A DNA stretch of 64,000 bases from a virus (Duplodnaviria; Caudoviricetes). The notes under the pieces were generated by a model, which searched no databases, had not been told where the DNA came from, and was given only the letters and a program-made list of their open reading frames with translations. Of the stretch, positions 28,754 through 38,568 are shown one piece after another; position 1 is the stretch's first letter, and each line of letters starts with the position of its first letter. Both the position numbers and the translations under genes were made by a program. The DNA lies in the IMG/VR virus record IMGVR_UViG_3300013947_000035, positions 14,009 to 78,008 of that record; one strand, given 5' to 3'.

Positions 28754-29191
28754 ATGGGACAAGTTCTAACAAAATACATAACACCAGACGAGTTCAGGGA
28801 CTATTTCGGAATCGATTTAGCCCTTGAACTTCCTGACGATACGAATCCGAGTAACAAAGCGATGGCGTTTTTGAAGCGAATCGAAGATAGGGTCGAAGCG
28901 ATAGTAGATACAGAATGCTTCAGACAAGTCAATCGCGAGTACCCGAATTTTTCCGATTACCAAAAAATACACTATAAGAGAGCATTGTTGGAACAGGCTA
29001 TTTATGTATTTCAAAACGGTGACATTTCGGTTGATAGCGGCTACGACCCCGAAAAAGGAATCGTTATCGACAGAACGAAAGTTCAAGAATTGTCTCTTGC
29101 ACCGAACGCAAAGCGCGAACTTCAACTTTGCGGGCTTTGGTGCAAAAAAATCAGAATGAGCGATTGGGCTAATTCAGGGCTTTGGTGGTAA
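28754..29191 (+). CDS. head-tail adaptor (gp15/gp6-like)
   Basis: KYIT..EF..YFG, ALLEQAIY and L..CGLW motifs. Confidence 0.7.
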   Translation: MGQVLTKYITPDEFRDYFGIDLALELPDDTNPSNKAMAFLKRIEDRVEAIVDTECFRQVNREYPNFSDYQKIHYKRALLEQAIYVFQNGDISVDSGYDPEKGIVIDRTKVQELSLAPNAKRELQLCGLWCKKIRMSDWANSGLWW

Positions 29192-29194
29192 AAT

Positions 29195-29569
29195 ATGGCG
29201 TCGGGAATCAATATTTATCATTCGAGACGAATCAATTATAATCGTTGCATATATTGGGAAAGAGACGAAGATGGCGTCGGAAACGAAGAAAACCTCATCT
29301 ACCAAAAGAAACCCGCAGGAATTTTTTATGCAACCGAAAGCAATGCAGAAACGAATAGCGCAAATATGCTCGCAGGCGTTTTTATGACTGAGCAATATGA
29401 CATTCTTCTCGAAAGTACGGATTGGCTTGACGGGTTGCACAAAGATTGCCTCGTAAAATACAACGACCAACTCTGGCGCGTAAACGAAGTGCAAAAGAGA
29501 CCGTATAAAAAAGAGAGCGCATTCAGGAATAAAAAGACCTATAAATGGTTCATAGGTTTGATAAGGTAA
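29195..29569 (+). CDS. head closure/stopper protein
   Basis: 124 aa, follows the adaptor; V.Y...WRV pattern. Confidence 0.6.
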   Translation: MASGINIYHSRRINYNRCIYWERDEDGVGNEENLIYQKKPAGIFYATESNAETNSANMLAGVFMTEQYDILLESTDWLDGLHKDCLVKYNDQLWRVNEVQKRPYKKESAFRNKKTYKWFIGLIR

Positions 29570-29573
29570 TAAA

Positions 29574-30779
29574 ATGTATCTGTATTTCGATAACAAAGGG
29601 GTCTTACTCGAAATCATAAATGATGAAGCGTTAAGACAATATAATCACCAAGTAAATACGATGTATGTATACATCGAAAATACGCCTACGACAGAATTTC
29701 CAAAGGGGTTAAACAAACTACAATATTGGTTTGAGCGTCCTAACGGCGATGTTACGGCTGTATACGATGCGTTGTCACATCCTGGTGATGTTGTTGTTAC
29801 CGAGACGATTCCGTTCGATATTAAGCGTGACGTAAGAAAATTTCAATATGGCGTCAAATATAAGATGTTCAAGATTGAAATTCCGAGTGGGCGCATTATC
29901 GGTCAAGACAAAAGCGGCAACTCCGTTTATGAATACAATATCTTTAAAGATGACGGACTCGTACAGCTTACGATAAAAGCTATTTTCATTGACGGCGCGA
30001 AGGAATTGACGCTTGGAAAAGTTGTATTCACAATCGAAAAAGAAGTCGTAATTCCTTCGGACTCGATTTCGGTTTCGCAGTTTGAATATATCTTGCGAGC
30101 AATAGACGCGTTGACATTCACAGTCGGTAAAGTGACTACGGAAACGCTCGACCCGACTGCGGAAGCGGCAGTAAAAGTAACGCAAGACAAATCGAGTACG
30201 GAATTGAAGAATTATCCTGTCGATTTCGAGTTCGGGATTCCGAGAGGTGCGACTTTTACACCGTCCGTAGACGAAAACGGTAATTTATCGTGGACCAATG
30301 ACGGCGAATTGGAGAATCCCGAAACAGTCAATATCAAAGGTGAAACGGGTGCGACGCCGAATATAGAAGCGAACGCGACCGTAAACGATACTGTCGGCAC
30401 ACCCGAAGTCGAGGTTGTAAAAACGGGAACAGCTGAAAATCCTACGCTCACGTTCAATTTTAGGAACTTACGTGGTAAAGATGCCGTAATACCTTCGGAC
30501 TTGACGGACCACCTTACGGATTATAATAACCCGCATAAGACTACGGCAAAGCAAGTAGGTGCAGTACCCGTTGATTTCAGGTCGTTTTCGGTTGCTCCGA
30601 CGGCTACAAAGAGTTTTAGACAATCTGCCGAGGTATTTGTCGGTAACAATGGCAACGGTTTTAGAATGACGTTACAAGACGTTAAAAATATGGGGACAAA
30701 AATAGTTAGTATAAAAAACAAAAATGATGTAGATTCCAGTCAACTTGATATTGGCGACTACATATTTAGCGAGGATTAA
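29574..30779 (+). CDS. BppU-like baseplate/fibre adaptor with collagen-like segment
   Basis: [28 protein letters not shown] and HLTDYNNPH motifs. Confidence 0.65.
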   Translation: MYLYFDNKGVLLEIINDEALRQYNHQVNTMYVYIENTPTTEFPKGLNKLQYWFERPNGDVTAVYDALSHPGDVVVTETIPFDIKRDVRKFQYGVKYKMFKIEIPSGRIIGQDKSGNSVYEYNIFKDDGLVQLTIKAIFIDGAKELTLGKVVFTIEKEVVIPSDSISVSQFEYILRAIDALTFTVGKVTTETLDPTAEAAVKVTQDKSSTELKNYPVDFEFGIPRGATFTPSVDENGNLSWTNDGELENPETVNIKGETGATPNIEANATVNDTVGTPEVEVVKTGTAENPTLTFNFRNLRGKDAVIPSDLTDHLTDYNNPHKTTAKQVGAVPVDFRSFSVAPTATKSFRQSAEVFVGNNGNGFRMTLQDVKNMGTKIVSIKNKNDVDSSQLDIGDYIFSED

Positions 30780-30782
30780 TAT

Positions 30783-32141
30783 ATGGCAACAGAAAAAAGA
30801 CGTATATGGCGTGTTACAGATGTAGACGGGAACGTAGTACAAGTTCTTCCTGAAACTTCAGCCGAGCAAGTTACTATTGCTGACGCAGGGGATAAGTTTA
30901 CTTCTGGCAATGTAGAAGGCGCGTTGCAAGAGTTGGCGCAAGGCATTGCTGGTGCAGGTAAAGTTGATGACGTCGTAAATGCGGACGGGTCTTCTATCGT
31001 AGACGAAAATAAAAAGGCACAACTTAAAGACGCTGTTGTAAAAGAGGCAGGAAAAGTTACACAAAAGTTGCGTATGGTAGGCACGCTCGAAGGTGGCGGT
31101 CTAACATCTGTTCCTTATGACGGGTCCAAAGACACTTCGGTCACAATGAGCGGTGACGATTTCACAATGGGCGGTGATTCTGCAAACGGGTCGCAATCCG
31201 TATCGTATTCGCTTAAAAAGACAGGTGTAACCGCGGGCACATATCAAGGCATCACCGTTGATGAAAAAGGACGCGTTACTGCCGCAGAAGATAAAGCGTA
31301 TGCGACTAAACAAGAGTTGCAAGAAGCGGTCGCTGGCAAGACGGAAACTATGGTATATGACAATTATCAAGCTTTTGTTACGGCTACGGACGCATTGGCA
31401 AAAGCGGCTATGGGTGTTAACTGGAACGTTCTTATCCGCGCGTTGGGTGTTCCTGATATGTGGGTAACCCGTGTTAATGATGTAAGCACTCAATATGTAT
31501 ATACAAACGACCAAGCAATAGTTGACGCACTCAATTCGCAATATGGCTTGACTGTCGGTTATTTCACTTTTTCACAGTTGGAAACGACAAAAGTTGATTT
31601 GTCGGAATATCAGAAGAAAACCGATGACGGTCTTCTTACCGATGATAAAACCGTTGTTGGCGGTATAAACGAAGTCAGAAGTAAAGCAAGCGACGCGTTG
31701 TCAAAATCGATTGCTAACGAAACTGCAATTTCAAATATTGAGGACGGTACAACGGTTGTTCCTAAAGCTACAAATGCCGCTGAAGCTTCAAAAGTCGCAA
31801 ATAAAATTTTGATAACGACTCCAGATGAATCAGATAAAAATGCAATAACGCATAATGCCTATGACGGTTCCGAGAAAAAAGTATTAGCATTTGATAAAGA
31901 CGATTTCTATGGCGCGCCCGTATCCGACAATACTTATGACGATTCAGAATATACTGGCGTGAATATGGCATTGCGCCCGACGGGTGTTGCAGCAGGTCAA
32001 TATAGCGCAGTGAACGTAGACTCAAAAGGTCGTGTTACAGCAGGAGGCAAGTCGATTGAGTGGGGGACAAGCGGGCAGACAGAACCGAGTGATGATTTAA
32101 TGGTTGGCGGTTTCTTTATGGAATTTATATCACAATCGTGA
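30783..32141 (+). CDS. tail fibre protein
   Basis: PETSAEQV N-terminus; two GVxAGxY..VxVDxKGRVTA repeats. Confidence 0.75.
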   Translation: MATEKRRIWRVTDVDGNVVQVLPETSAEQVTIADAGDKFTSGNVEGALQELAQGIAGAGKVDDVVNADGSSIVDENKKAQLKDAVVKEAGKVTQKLRMVGTLEGGGLTSVPYDGSKDTSVTMSGDDFTMGGDSANGSQSVSYSLKKTGVTAGTYQGITVDEKGRVTAAEDKAYATKQELQEAVAGKTETMVYDNYQAFVTATDALAKAAMGVNWNVLIRALGVPDMWVTRVNDVSTQYVYTNDQAIVDALNSQYGLTVGYFTFSQLETTKVDLSEYQKKTDDGLLTDDKTVVGGINEVRSKASDALSKSIANETAISNIEDGTTVVPKATNAAEASKVANKILITTPDESDKNAITHNAYDGSEKKVLAFDKDDFYGAPVSDNTYDDSEYTGVNMALRPTGVAAGQYSAVNVDSKGRVTAGGKSIEWGTSGQTEPSDDLMVGGFFMEFISQS

Positions 32142-32153
32142 GAGGAAAGTATA

Positions 32154-34541
32154 ATGTTACTATATAGACCAAAACAAAAGATAAGTACAACTGAGAGCGA
32201 GGAAGTAAAATTCCCCGCTTCTTCTATTGACGGCTTAGCTTCCGTTGCGACTTCGGGCTCATATAATGATTTAACGGATAAGCCAACAGTACCAGGTGTG
32301 CCAGATGTCGTTCAAACAACAGGCACATCAACAACATCAGTAATGAGCCAAAAGGCAACGACTGACGCTGTTAATAGCAGATTAAGCAAAACAGATAATA
32401 CAGATATAGAAGTTCTTGGCACTAAAAAAGCAACTACCACTTTAGGCGGGAACCAATTATATTCTCCTAACGGAATGATTTTTGGCGGTACAGCTGCAGC
32501 TGCAGGATTAGTAACCAGAGGTATTTGTGGTGTGTCTACGCCATCAGCTGGTGGTGCTTGTTCAAAGGATAACGTGTATGTAAACTATGACGGTAATAAT
32601 GATTTTAACGCGAATCGCCAAATAGTCCTTAACGCAGGTACACCAGGTAGCCATTTAGGTTCAAACATGTACCAGTATGCAGTCCCTCGTGGTGATGTTG
32701 TCAAGAATTGGGTTGAAGCTAAAGATTACGTAACAAGCGTTAAAGTCAATGGCAATACGGTTGCGTCGTCAGGTGGTGTTGTCGATATCGGCACGGTTGT
32801 TACAGATGTTTCGGGTAAACAAGACAAAATCACGTCAAGCAATAAGTTGGCTGCGTCGTTAGTCAGCGGTTTGTCGACGGTAGCGACATCGGGTTCGTAC
32901 AATGATTTGAGCAATAAACCGACGGACTATGTAACAACGGCTGATAAGGCACAAACAGTAAACGGTGTTAAAACGTTTGTGCAAGATATAGTTCGCAAAT
33001 CAAGCAATATTGACATAAGTAAAGACCCGACTAAAGCACAGTATGCTTATATAGACTTCTGGGATAAAAACGATAAACGCATAGCGGTGATTGGTTCTCA
33101 TCACGCGGAAGGTAAATATAGTGGTGCTTATTTGCAAGCAAAAAATGTATCCTCAATGGGTATTATGGCAGATGACAAAGACAACGTGAAAACATTTGCC
33201 CCAACACCGCCAGATACCGATAGTTCAACTCAACTTGCAACAACAGAGTGGGTGAGACGTTTTGCGAATCCTGCCTATTTAAGAGGAGCGGATAGCAATA
33301 CTACTTATAAGGGGTATTACAAAATAGCAGAAGCAACTCTAAATGAGTGGTACAGAACTTCGGTCGCAAGAATATTTGTACAAGACGTCGATTCCACCGA
33401 AAATGGCGTTCTTAATGTTAGCGTCTATGCGGGCGGCGATGGTAAGACACCTCCCACATCGGTCACTACCGTGAATATGGGCTTTTTAGAGGGTATTAAT
33501 CCGAATGCTTATTTTGGGGATTTCTTTGTTGTTGTTAGAAAAAAGAGTTTGACAGTAAGAGGCTCAATGAAAATTGAATTATGGTATCGTCAACCAAACG
33601 AATGGGGTCGGATATCTTTTTCGTTCCTTACCGATATTCCAGATTCAAGAAACGTTTCCGTTACAAACAAATGGACAAAATTCTCCCGAACATCAGCACA
33701 AGAACGCGCCTATATTAGCAAAAATGTGGTTGATTTGGATAATGGCTTCATTCCATATGACAGTTTCAATGAATCTGCTTTCACGACGGAAGACTATCCT
33801 GTTGCCGAAATTTACGATAATTCGACTAACCAAGCACAATTCTCTGCTGGTGCTCTAAGAATAGCAAACAGTGAATATGCGAGAAGCGACAAGCCTACAA
33901 CAGCGTCCAAACGAAATATTATATTCACAGATAAAAATAATGCGTCGATTGCTACTATTCAATCCTCTGTTGGTAGCACTTGGAATGGCTTAAATTTTCT
34001 CTTGACAAACAAAAGCGGTGGCGGCAATAGTATCGAGTTTGTACACGATACAAACAGAAGCGTTTGGCGTTTTAACCCAGCGTCGTCAAGTTTACCTATC
34101 GAGTTAGGAGAACCAAATAGACCGTGGAACAACGCCTACATAAAGAACATCGTTGCAGATAGTGTGACGGCTGACAACCTACTAACATCCGATGACCTAC
34201 CGTTTACTTCCGACGGCTTGTCAACAGGCACGCTCGGTAGCACTGGACTTTCACTCGGCAGAGATTATTATATCGAGAAAACAGTCGGTTCAAGCCTTAT
34301 TTCGTGTGTAATTAGGACGTATACACAACAAGGGTCAAGTATATCCACCTCAATTCCCAGTATATATAATACGGTTGTTCCTGTTATTATAAGCAACACA
34401 TTGTATTTTGTTGTAGTTAAAGGTCTTGGAGACGTAGGTGGTAACACCGTTCCAGTTACATTTTCGCTTAAAAACACAAGCGGTGGAACTGTAACTAACA
34501 CAACTGTAACGTCTGGCACATTCAAGTATAAGCGCATTTAA
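32154..34541 (+). CDS. tail fibre / receptor-binding protein
   Basis: Two VATSGSYNDL..KP repeats; STQLATTEWV. Confidence 0.8.
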   Translation: MLLYRPKQKISTTESEEVKFPASSIDGLASVATSGSYNDLTDKPTVPGVPDVVQTTGTSTTSVMSQKATTDAVNSRLSKTDNTDIEVLGTKKATTTLGGNQLYSPNGMIFGGTAAAAGLVTRGICGVSTPSAGGACSKDNVYVNYDGNNDFNANRQIVLNAGTPGSHLGSNMYQYAVPRGDVVKNWVEAKDYVTSVKVNGNTVASSGGVVDIGTVVTDVSGKQDKITSSNKLAASLVSGLSTVATSGSYNDLSNKPTDYVTTADKAQTVNGVKTFVQDIVRKSSNIDISKDPTKAQYAYIDFWDKNDKRIAVIGSHHAEGKYSGAYLQAKNVSSMGIMADDKDNVKTFAPTPPDTDSSTQLATTEWVRRFANPAYLRGADSNTTYKGYYKIAEATLNEWYRTSVARIFVQDVDSTENGVLNVSVYAGGDGKTPPTSVTTVNMGFLEGINPNAYFGDFFVVVRKKSLTVRGSMKIELWYRQPNEWGRISFSFLTDIPDSRNVSVTNKWTKFSRTSAQERAYISKNVVDLDNGFIPYDSFNESAFTTEDYPVAEIYDNSTNQAQFSAGALRIANSEYARSDKPTTASKRNIIFTDKNNASIATIQSSVGSTWNGLNFLLTNKSGGGNSIEFVHDTNRSVWRFNPASSSLPIELGEPNRPWNNAYIKNIVADSVTADNLLTSDDLPFTSDGLSTGTLGSTGLSLGRDYYIEKTVGSSLISCVIRTYTQQGSSISTSIPSIYNTVVPVIISNTLYFVVVKGLGDVGGNTVPVTFSLKNTSGGTVTNTTVTSGTFKYKRI

Positions 34542-34553
34542 GGAGGGTATACT

Positions 34554-35063
34554 ATGTATTTTAACTATATAACCAACTCGTTTTCACCAAGTCCGAAAGA
34601 AAAGACGAGAGAAGAAACAGTCATTGAAACCGTGAAAGAACTCGTAACCGAAAACGAAATAGACGAGGACGGCAACGAACACGAAGTTCAAAAAGAAGTT
34701 GAGAAAGAGGTTGAAAAAACTGTAACGGTAGAAATTCCCATACCCGAAGATTGTGTTGAAGTTGATGATGAATTGTGCGAAACAATGTTTAACGAGGTAG
34801 ACACAAGCACGACACCGAAAGCGATTTTCGCCAACGAATACACGCATTATCCCGAAGTTCGAGAACTTGAAATCGTGGTTGACCCGATTGCAGAAAAACA
34901 AGCACGCATTGCCGAACTCAAAAGCAAACTTGACGAAACCGATTATCAAGCAATAAAGTGGGCGGAGGGCTTCATAAGCGAAACCGACTATGCGCCGATT
35001 AAGGCACAACGACAAGCGTATCGTGACGAAATCAACCAACTCGAACTTGAAATCGGCGAATAA
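34554..35063 (+). CDS. tail fibre assembly chaperone-like protein
   Basis: RIAELK..L..TDY..IK..EG and RQAYRDEINQLE C-terminal motif. Confidence 0.7.
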   Translation: MYFNYITNSFSPSPKEKTREETVIETVKELVTENEIDEDGNEHEVQKEVEKEVEKTVTVEIPIPEDCVEVDDELCETMFNEVDTSTTPKAIFANEYTHYPEVRELEIVVDPIAEKQARIAELKSKLDETDYQAIKWAEGFISETDYAPIKAQRQAYRDEINQLELEIGE

Positions 35064-35132
35064 AACTTTTTCAAAGAAATTTGGCATAAAGTATTGACTT
35101 TCTCGGGCAAAGGGTATAATATCGTATCATAA

Positions 35133-35240
35133 CCTCGTATTATTGAGTAGTGCCGATAATTCGAGAAATACTAATAATGCGAGGGCAATCCTCTAATCAA
35201 GACCACGCACTACAATAGGTCAAGATTGGAGGATTTTTTT
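35133..35240 (+). promoter_or_regulatory. structured leader (two long hairpins) upstream of tnpB
   Basis: CCTCGTATTATT/AATAATGCGAGG (35133-35184); AATCCTCTAATC/GATTGGAGGATT (35187-35235) covers the GGAGG RBS. Confidence 0.7.
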
Positions 35241-36308
35241 ATGAAAGCATTCAAGACCAGAATATACCCAAATGCGGAACAAACCGTTTTAATCGAAAAG
35301 ACTTTCGGTTGTTGTCGCTTTGTCTATAATAATGGTCTTGAATGTAAAATTGATGCCTATAAGAAAGATAAAACGAACCTATCTGCTTATGATTTGATAA
35401 AAAGAATCACAACTCTTAAAAAAGAATTCGAGTGGTTGAAAGAAGTCGAATTGCACACATTGCAGCAGTCGATTCTTGATTTAGAAAAAGCATATAAGAA
35501 CTTTTTTAGAGAACATAAGGGATTCCCTAAATTCAAGAAGAAAGGCGACAAAGATAGTTTTAGGACGTTTAATATGCGTTTTGTATCACGTCATTTCATT
35601 TATCTTCCGAAAATTGGAGCGGTAAAAATTGCCGAAAAGATAAAAAAGAAGTGGAGCATACATAATGCGACTATAAGCAAAAGAGCAGGGAAGTATTTTA
35701 TCTCGCTATTAATCGATTACGAATCACCAAAAGTCCAAAAGACAGGTGAAGTTGTCGGAATCGATTTAGGCATTAAGACATTTGCGACCTTGTCAGATGG
35801 AACTAAATATGAGAACCCAAAGACATTAAGCAAATACGAGGACAAGATTGCAAGATATCAACGACAATTAAGTCGAACTCAAAAAGGAAGTAACAATCGC
35901 AAAAAGGTTAAAGAGAAATTAGCCCGATTGCATTTGAAAGTATCTAACATTCGGCAAGACTATTTGCATAAAATGAGCCGCGAGATAGCCAATCGTTACT
36001 CGTTTGTTGCGATAGAGGATTTAAATATTGCAGGAATGGTTAAGAATCACAATTTAGCCAAGAGCATATCCGATTGCAGTTGGGGCGAATTCGTCCGTAT
36101 GCTCGAATATAAATGCTCGTGGTATGGTTGTGAACTGCGTAAAATCGGTCGATTTGAACCCAGTAGCAAGTTGTGTTCAAATTGCGGATATAAGATGAAC
36201 GAAATTCCGTTAAATATCCGAAAATGGACTTGTCCTAATTGCGGGACGCACCACGACCGAGACGTAAACGCCGCAATAAATATTTTGAATATAGCACAAG
36301 AAAAATAA
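35241..36308 (+). CDS. tnpB: RNA-guided endonuclease TnpB (IS200/IS605/IS607 family), no tnpA
   Basis: HTH N-terminus (KTRIYP, FGCCRFVYN); RuvC residues GIDLG / IEDL / DRDVNAA intact; CxxC..CxxC zinc finger. Confidence 0.95.
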   Translation: MKAFKTRIYPNAEQTVLIEKTFGCCRFVYNNGLECKIDAYKKDKTNLSAYDLIKRITTLKKEFEWLKEVELHTLQQSILDLEKAYKNFFREHKGFPKFKKKGDKDSFRTFNMRFVSRHFIYLPKIGAVKIAEKIKKKWSIHNATISKRAGKYFISLLIDYESPKVQKTGEVVGIDLGIKTFATLSDGTKYENPKTLSKYEDKIARYQRQLSRTQKGSNNRKKVKEKLARLHLKVSNIRQDYLHKMSREIANRYSFVAIEDLNIAGMVKNHNLAKSISDCSWGEFVRMLEYKCSWYGCELRKIGRFEPSSKLCSNCGYKMNEIPLNIRKWTCPNCGTHHDRDVNAAINILNIAQEK

Positions 36309-36333
36309 TCTTTTTATAAAATTAAAAAAAGCC

Positions 36334-36361
36334 TTGACATTATGGATTATTGTGCTACAAT
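36334..36361 (+). promoter_or_regulatory. promoter between the tnpB stop and the omegaRNA scaffold
   Basis: TTGACA(36334)-16-TACAAT(36356) with extended TG. Confidence 0.7.
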
Positions 36362-36366
36362 AAAAA

Positions 36367-36480
36367 TTGAAAAGAAGAATGACATAGCACTCTCAGGTAG
36401 AGAGGAAGAGCCTGTTGATACTGTGGACATTAGTTCACTTGAGCAGGAAAATCTTGAATAGGTTACGACCGAAAGAGAAC
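36367..36480 (+). ncRNA. putative TnpB omegaRNA
   Basis: CTCTC-AGGTA-GAGAG hairpin, GAGCCTGTTGA, GTGGAC/GTTCAC hairpin and GAGCAGGAA resemble TnpB right-end RNAs; 3' guide boundary uncertain. Confidence 0.6.
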
Positions 36481-36501
36481 CTTAATATATTGAGGTATAT
36501 C

Positions 36502-37209
36502 GTGACAAATTTTGACGAAATCGAGAAAGAGCAAGAGCAAAAAACCGAAAGCGAGAAATCGTTGACGGCGAAAACTGCTAACGTTCCCGAACTCGCAACC
36601 GAAAAGCGAACGGCTGAATCTGTCATCGAAGCACAACGCCAAATCAACTACGAGAAGATTTCCGAAAACAAGGACTTCCAAGAACGCTCGGCAGTAATCG
36701 ATACTCGTGCTGTCGGCGCAAAACTTGACAAGGCTGACAACGAAACCTACCAACAGGAACTCGAAAACCAGTACGCTCGATACGAACTCGACAAAAAGAA
36801 AGAGGCTCTTGACTACCGAATGAAACTCGAACGCAAGACGACCAAAGAAAAGGTCAAAGCGGACGTGGCAGAGGTCAAGAGAACGATTGCGCTTCAACGC
36901 TATGGCTACCTTTACAAGCCCACAAAAAAAGAAGTGTTGGACGCGGACGGTAACACTGTCAAAGACGAGAACGGAAACGTAGTGTACCAAGAGATACCCG
37001 CAAAAGACTTCACGCCCAGCAAATTCATAAACTGGACGAAAGAGTTTGCGAACTGGTACGGGAACTTGTCAAAATCAATGCAAAACGTAATCAAAACCAC
37101 ACTCAAAATTCTGTTTTTCGGTGGAATTGCGGCACTGCTCGTTTGGGGTGCTGTATCTGGAATCAAATGGCTCATCGATAGCGGAATCTTGGTCGGAATT
37201 GCTAAATAA
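36502..37209 (+). CDS. coiled-coil protein with C-terminal TM anchor
   Basis: GAGGT RBS favours GTG at 36502; ILFFGGIAALLVWGAV TM. Confidence 0.75.
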   Translation: MTNFDEIEKEQEQKTESEKSLTAKTANVPELATEKRTAESVIEAQRQINYEKISENKDFQERSAVIDTRAVGAKLDKADNETYQQELENQYARYELDKKKEALDYRMKLERKTTKEKVKADVAEVKRTIALQRYGYLYKPTKKEVLDADGNTVKDENGNVVYQEIPAKDFTPSKFINWTKEFANWYGNLSKSMQNVIKTTLKILFFGGIAALLVWGAVSGIKWLIDSGILVGIAK

Positions 37210-37232
37210 AATATAATTAGGAGATGAGATAT

Positions 37233-37553
37233 ATGGAAAACGTAAACAGCGTAGAGATTGTCGACTTTGACGAACGTATGCGAATCAAGCTTGCGGAATG
37301 TGACAAGTTCTTCAACGGCAAAGATGCCGCTATTGAAAGAGTCGAACAAGCACGAACTGAACTTGAAGCCGCAGAAAATGCGCTCGCAGAGTATGATAAT
37401 GTCGAATATGTAGAAAAACTCACAGCATATCGTGCTGATTTGGCTCGTAAACTCGGCGTAGTAGAACCCGAAGTCGTAGCGGAGGCGTGTGATGAACAAG
37501 TTGTCGAACAAGAACCCGCACCCGTCATCGAATCTGTGGCACCGCTTTTCTAA
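37233..37553 (+). CDS. acidic coiled-coil hypothetical protein
   Basis: AGGAG RBS 9 nt upstream of ATG 37233. Confidence 0.75.
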   Translation: MENVNSVEIVDFDERMRIKLAECDKFFNGKDAAIERVEQARTELEAAENALAEYDNVEYVEKLTAYRADLARKLGVVEPEVVAEACDEQVVEQEPAPVIESVAPLF

Positions 37554-38490
37554 TACACATCATCAAAACAGGGGAAGTTTTAGTTCTTGGCTAAAAACAT
37601 TTTGTAAGGGATTCGGATTACTTCTGACTTACGAAATCATAGAGGAACTTCTCGAAGAAGCAATAGCCTACACTATAACAGCCATCATCGCGAAAGCGGT
37701 ATCATTTTTGTTAGTGGTATTGCTAACGCAAACAGTAAAAATAACAGCAAAGGGAATAGCAAAGGGAATCACAATAGCACTTAAACCTGCGGTTAAACAG
37801 CTTACCTACAAAGAAGGTAACGACAAAATAACTAAAATATTGAGGTTTATAAATATGTGTAAGGAAAAAATCAAGGAAAATAAATTCTTGAACTTTTTGA
37901 AGAGAAATCCCAAATCGATTTTGGGTATTATTTCTGGTTTTATTGCTTCTCTTGCAGCTGGCGCAGGCACAACTTGCGGTCTCGTTATCGGTAATGTTGA
38001 ACTTCCGCTTTGGGCAAATATTTGCTTCGGCGTTATCGTTTGGCTCGTATTGTTTATTGTCACCGCAATCGGCGTAAAAAATGCAGGTTTTGAAGGCGTT
38101 GCAAAATATCGGTTGAGAAAACTTGCCGAAAAACTTGGTTTTGGCAAAGCGGCAGAAGAACTCGAAAAAGTCGAAAAAGCAATCGAAGCCGAAGATGAGG
38201 CAAAAGCAGAACAAGAAAAACTCGCTCTCGAACAAGCAAAAGCGAAATATCAAGAAGCTTGGAGAATCGACATTACAAGCAAAAAAATTGATATAAACGT
38301 TTCGCTTGAAGATTATATCGCCCAAAGACAAGCCGAAGAAAAAGAAGCGGCTGAAAAAGCAGAGCAAGAGAAACTCGAAGCCGAAGCAGAGCAAGAGAAA
38401 CTCGCAGTCGAAAACGCGTTCTTGGCGGCAGTTTCAAACGGATATGCGGGCTCGTTCGATACTTGGAAAGCAGAGCAAGTAACTAAATAA
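37492..38490 (+). CDS. multi-TM protein with C-terminal coiled coil (holin-like candidate)
   Basis: GGAGG RBS at 37481; several TM segments; second in-frame RBS/ATG at 37855. Confidence 0.65.
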   Translation: MNKLSNKNPHPSSNLWHRFSNTHHQNRGSFSSWLKTFCKGFGLLLTYEIIEELLEEAIAYTITAIIAKAVSFLLVVLLTQTVKITAKGIAKGITIALKPAVKQLTYKEGNDKITKILRFINMCKEKIKENKFLNFLKRNPKSILGIISGFIASLAAGAGTTCGLVIGNVELPLWANICFGVIVWLVLFIVTAIGVKNAGFEGVAKYRLRKLAEKLGFGKAAEELEKVEKAIEAEDEAKAEQEKLALEQAKAKYQEAWRIDITSKKIDINVSLEDYIAQRQAEEKEAAEKAEQEKLEAEAEQEKLAVENAFLAAVSNGYAGSFDTWKAEQVTK

Positions 38491-38568
38491 GATACCAAAC
38501 CTAATCCCCTAATGATGAAATCTCGCAGATAGATTCGTTAGGGGATTTTCATAACCAAAAGGGAAAAT

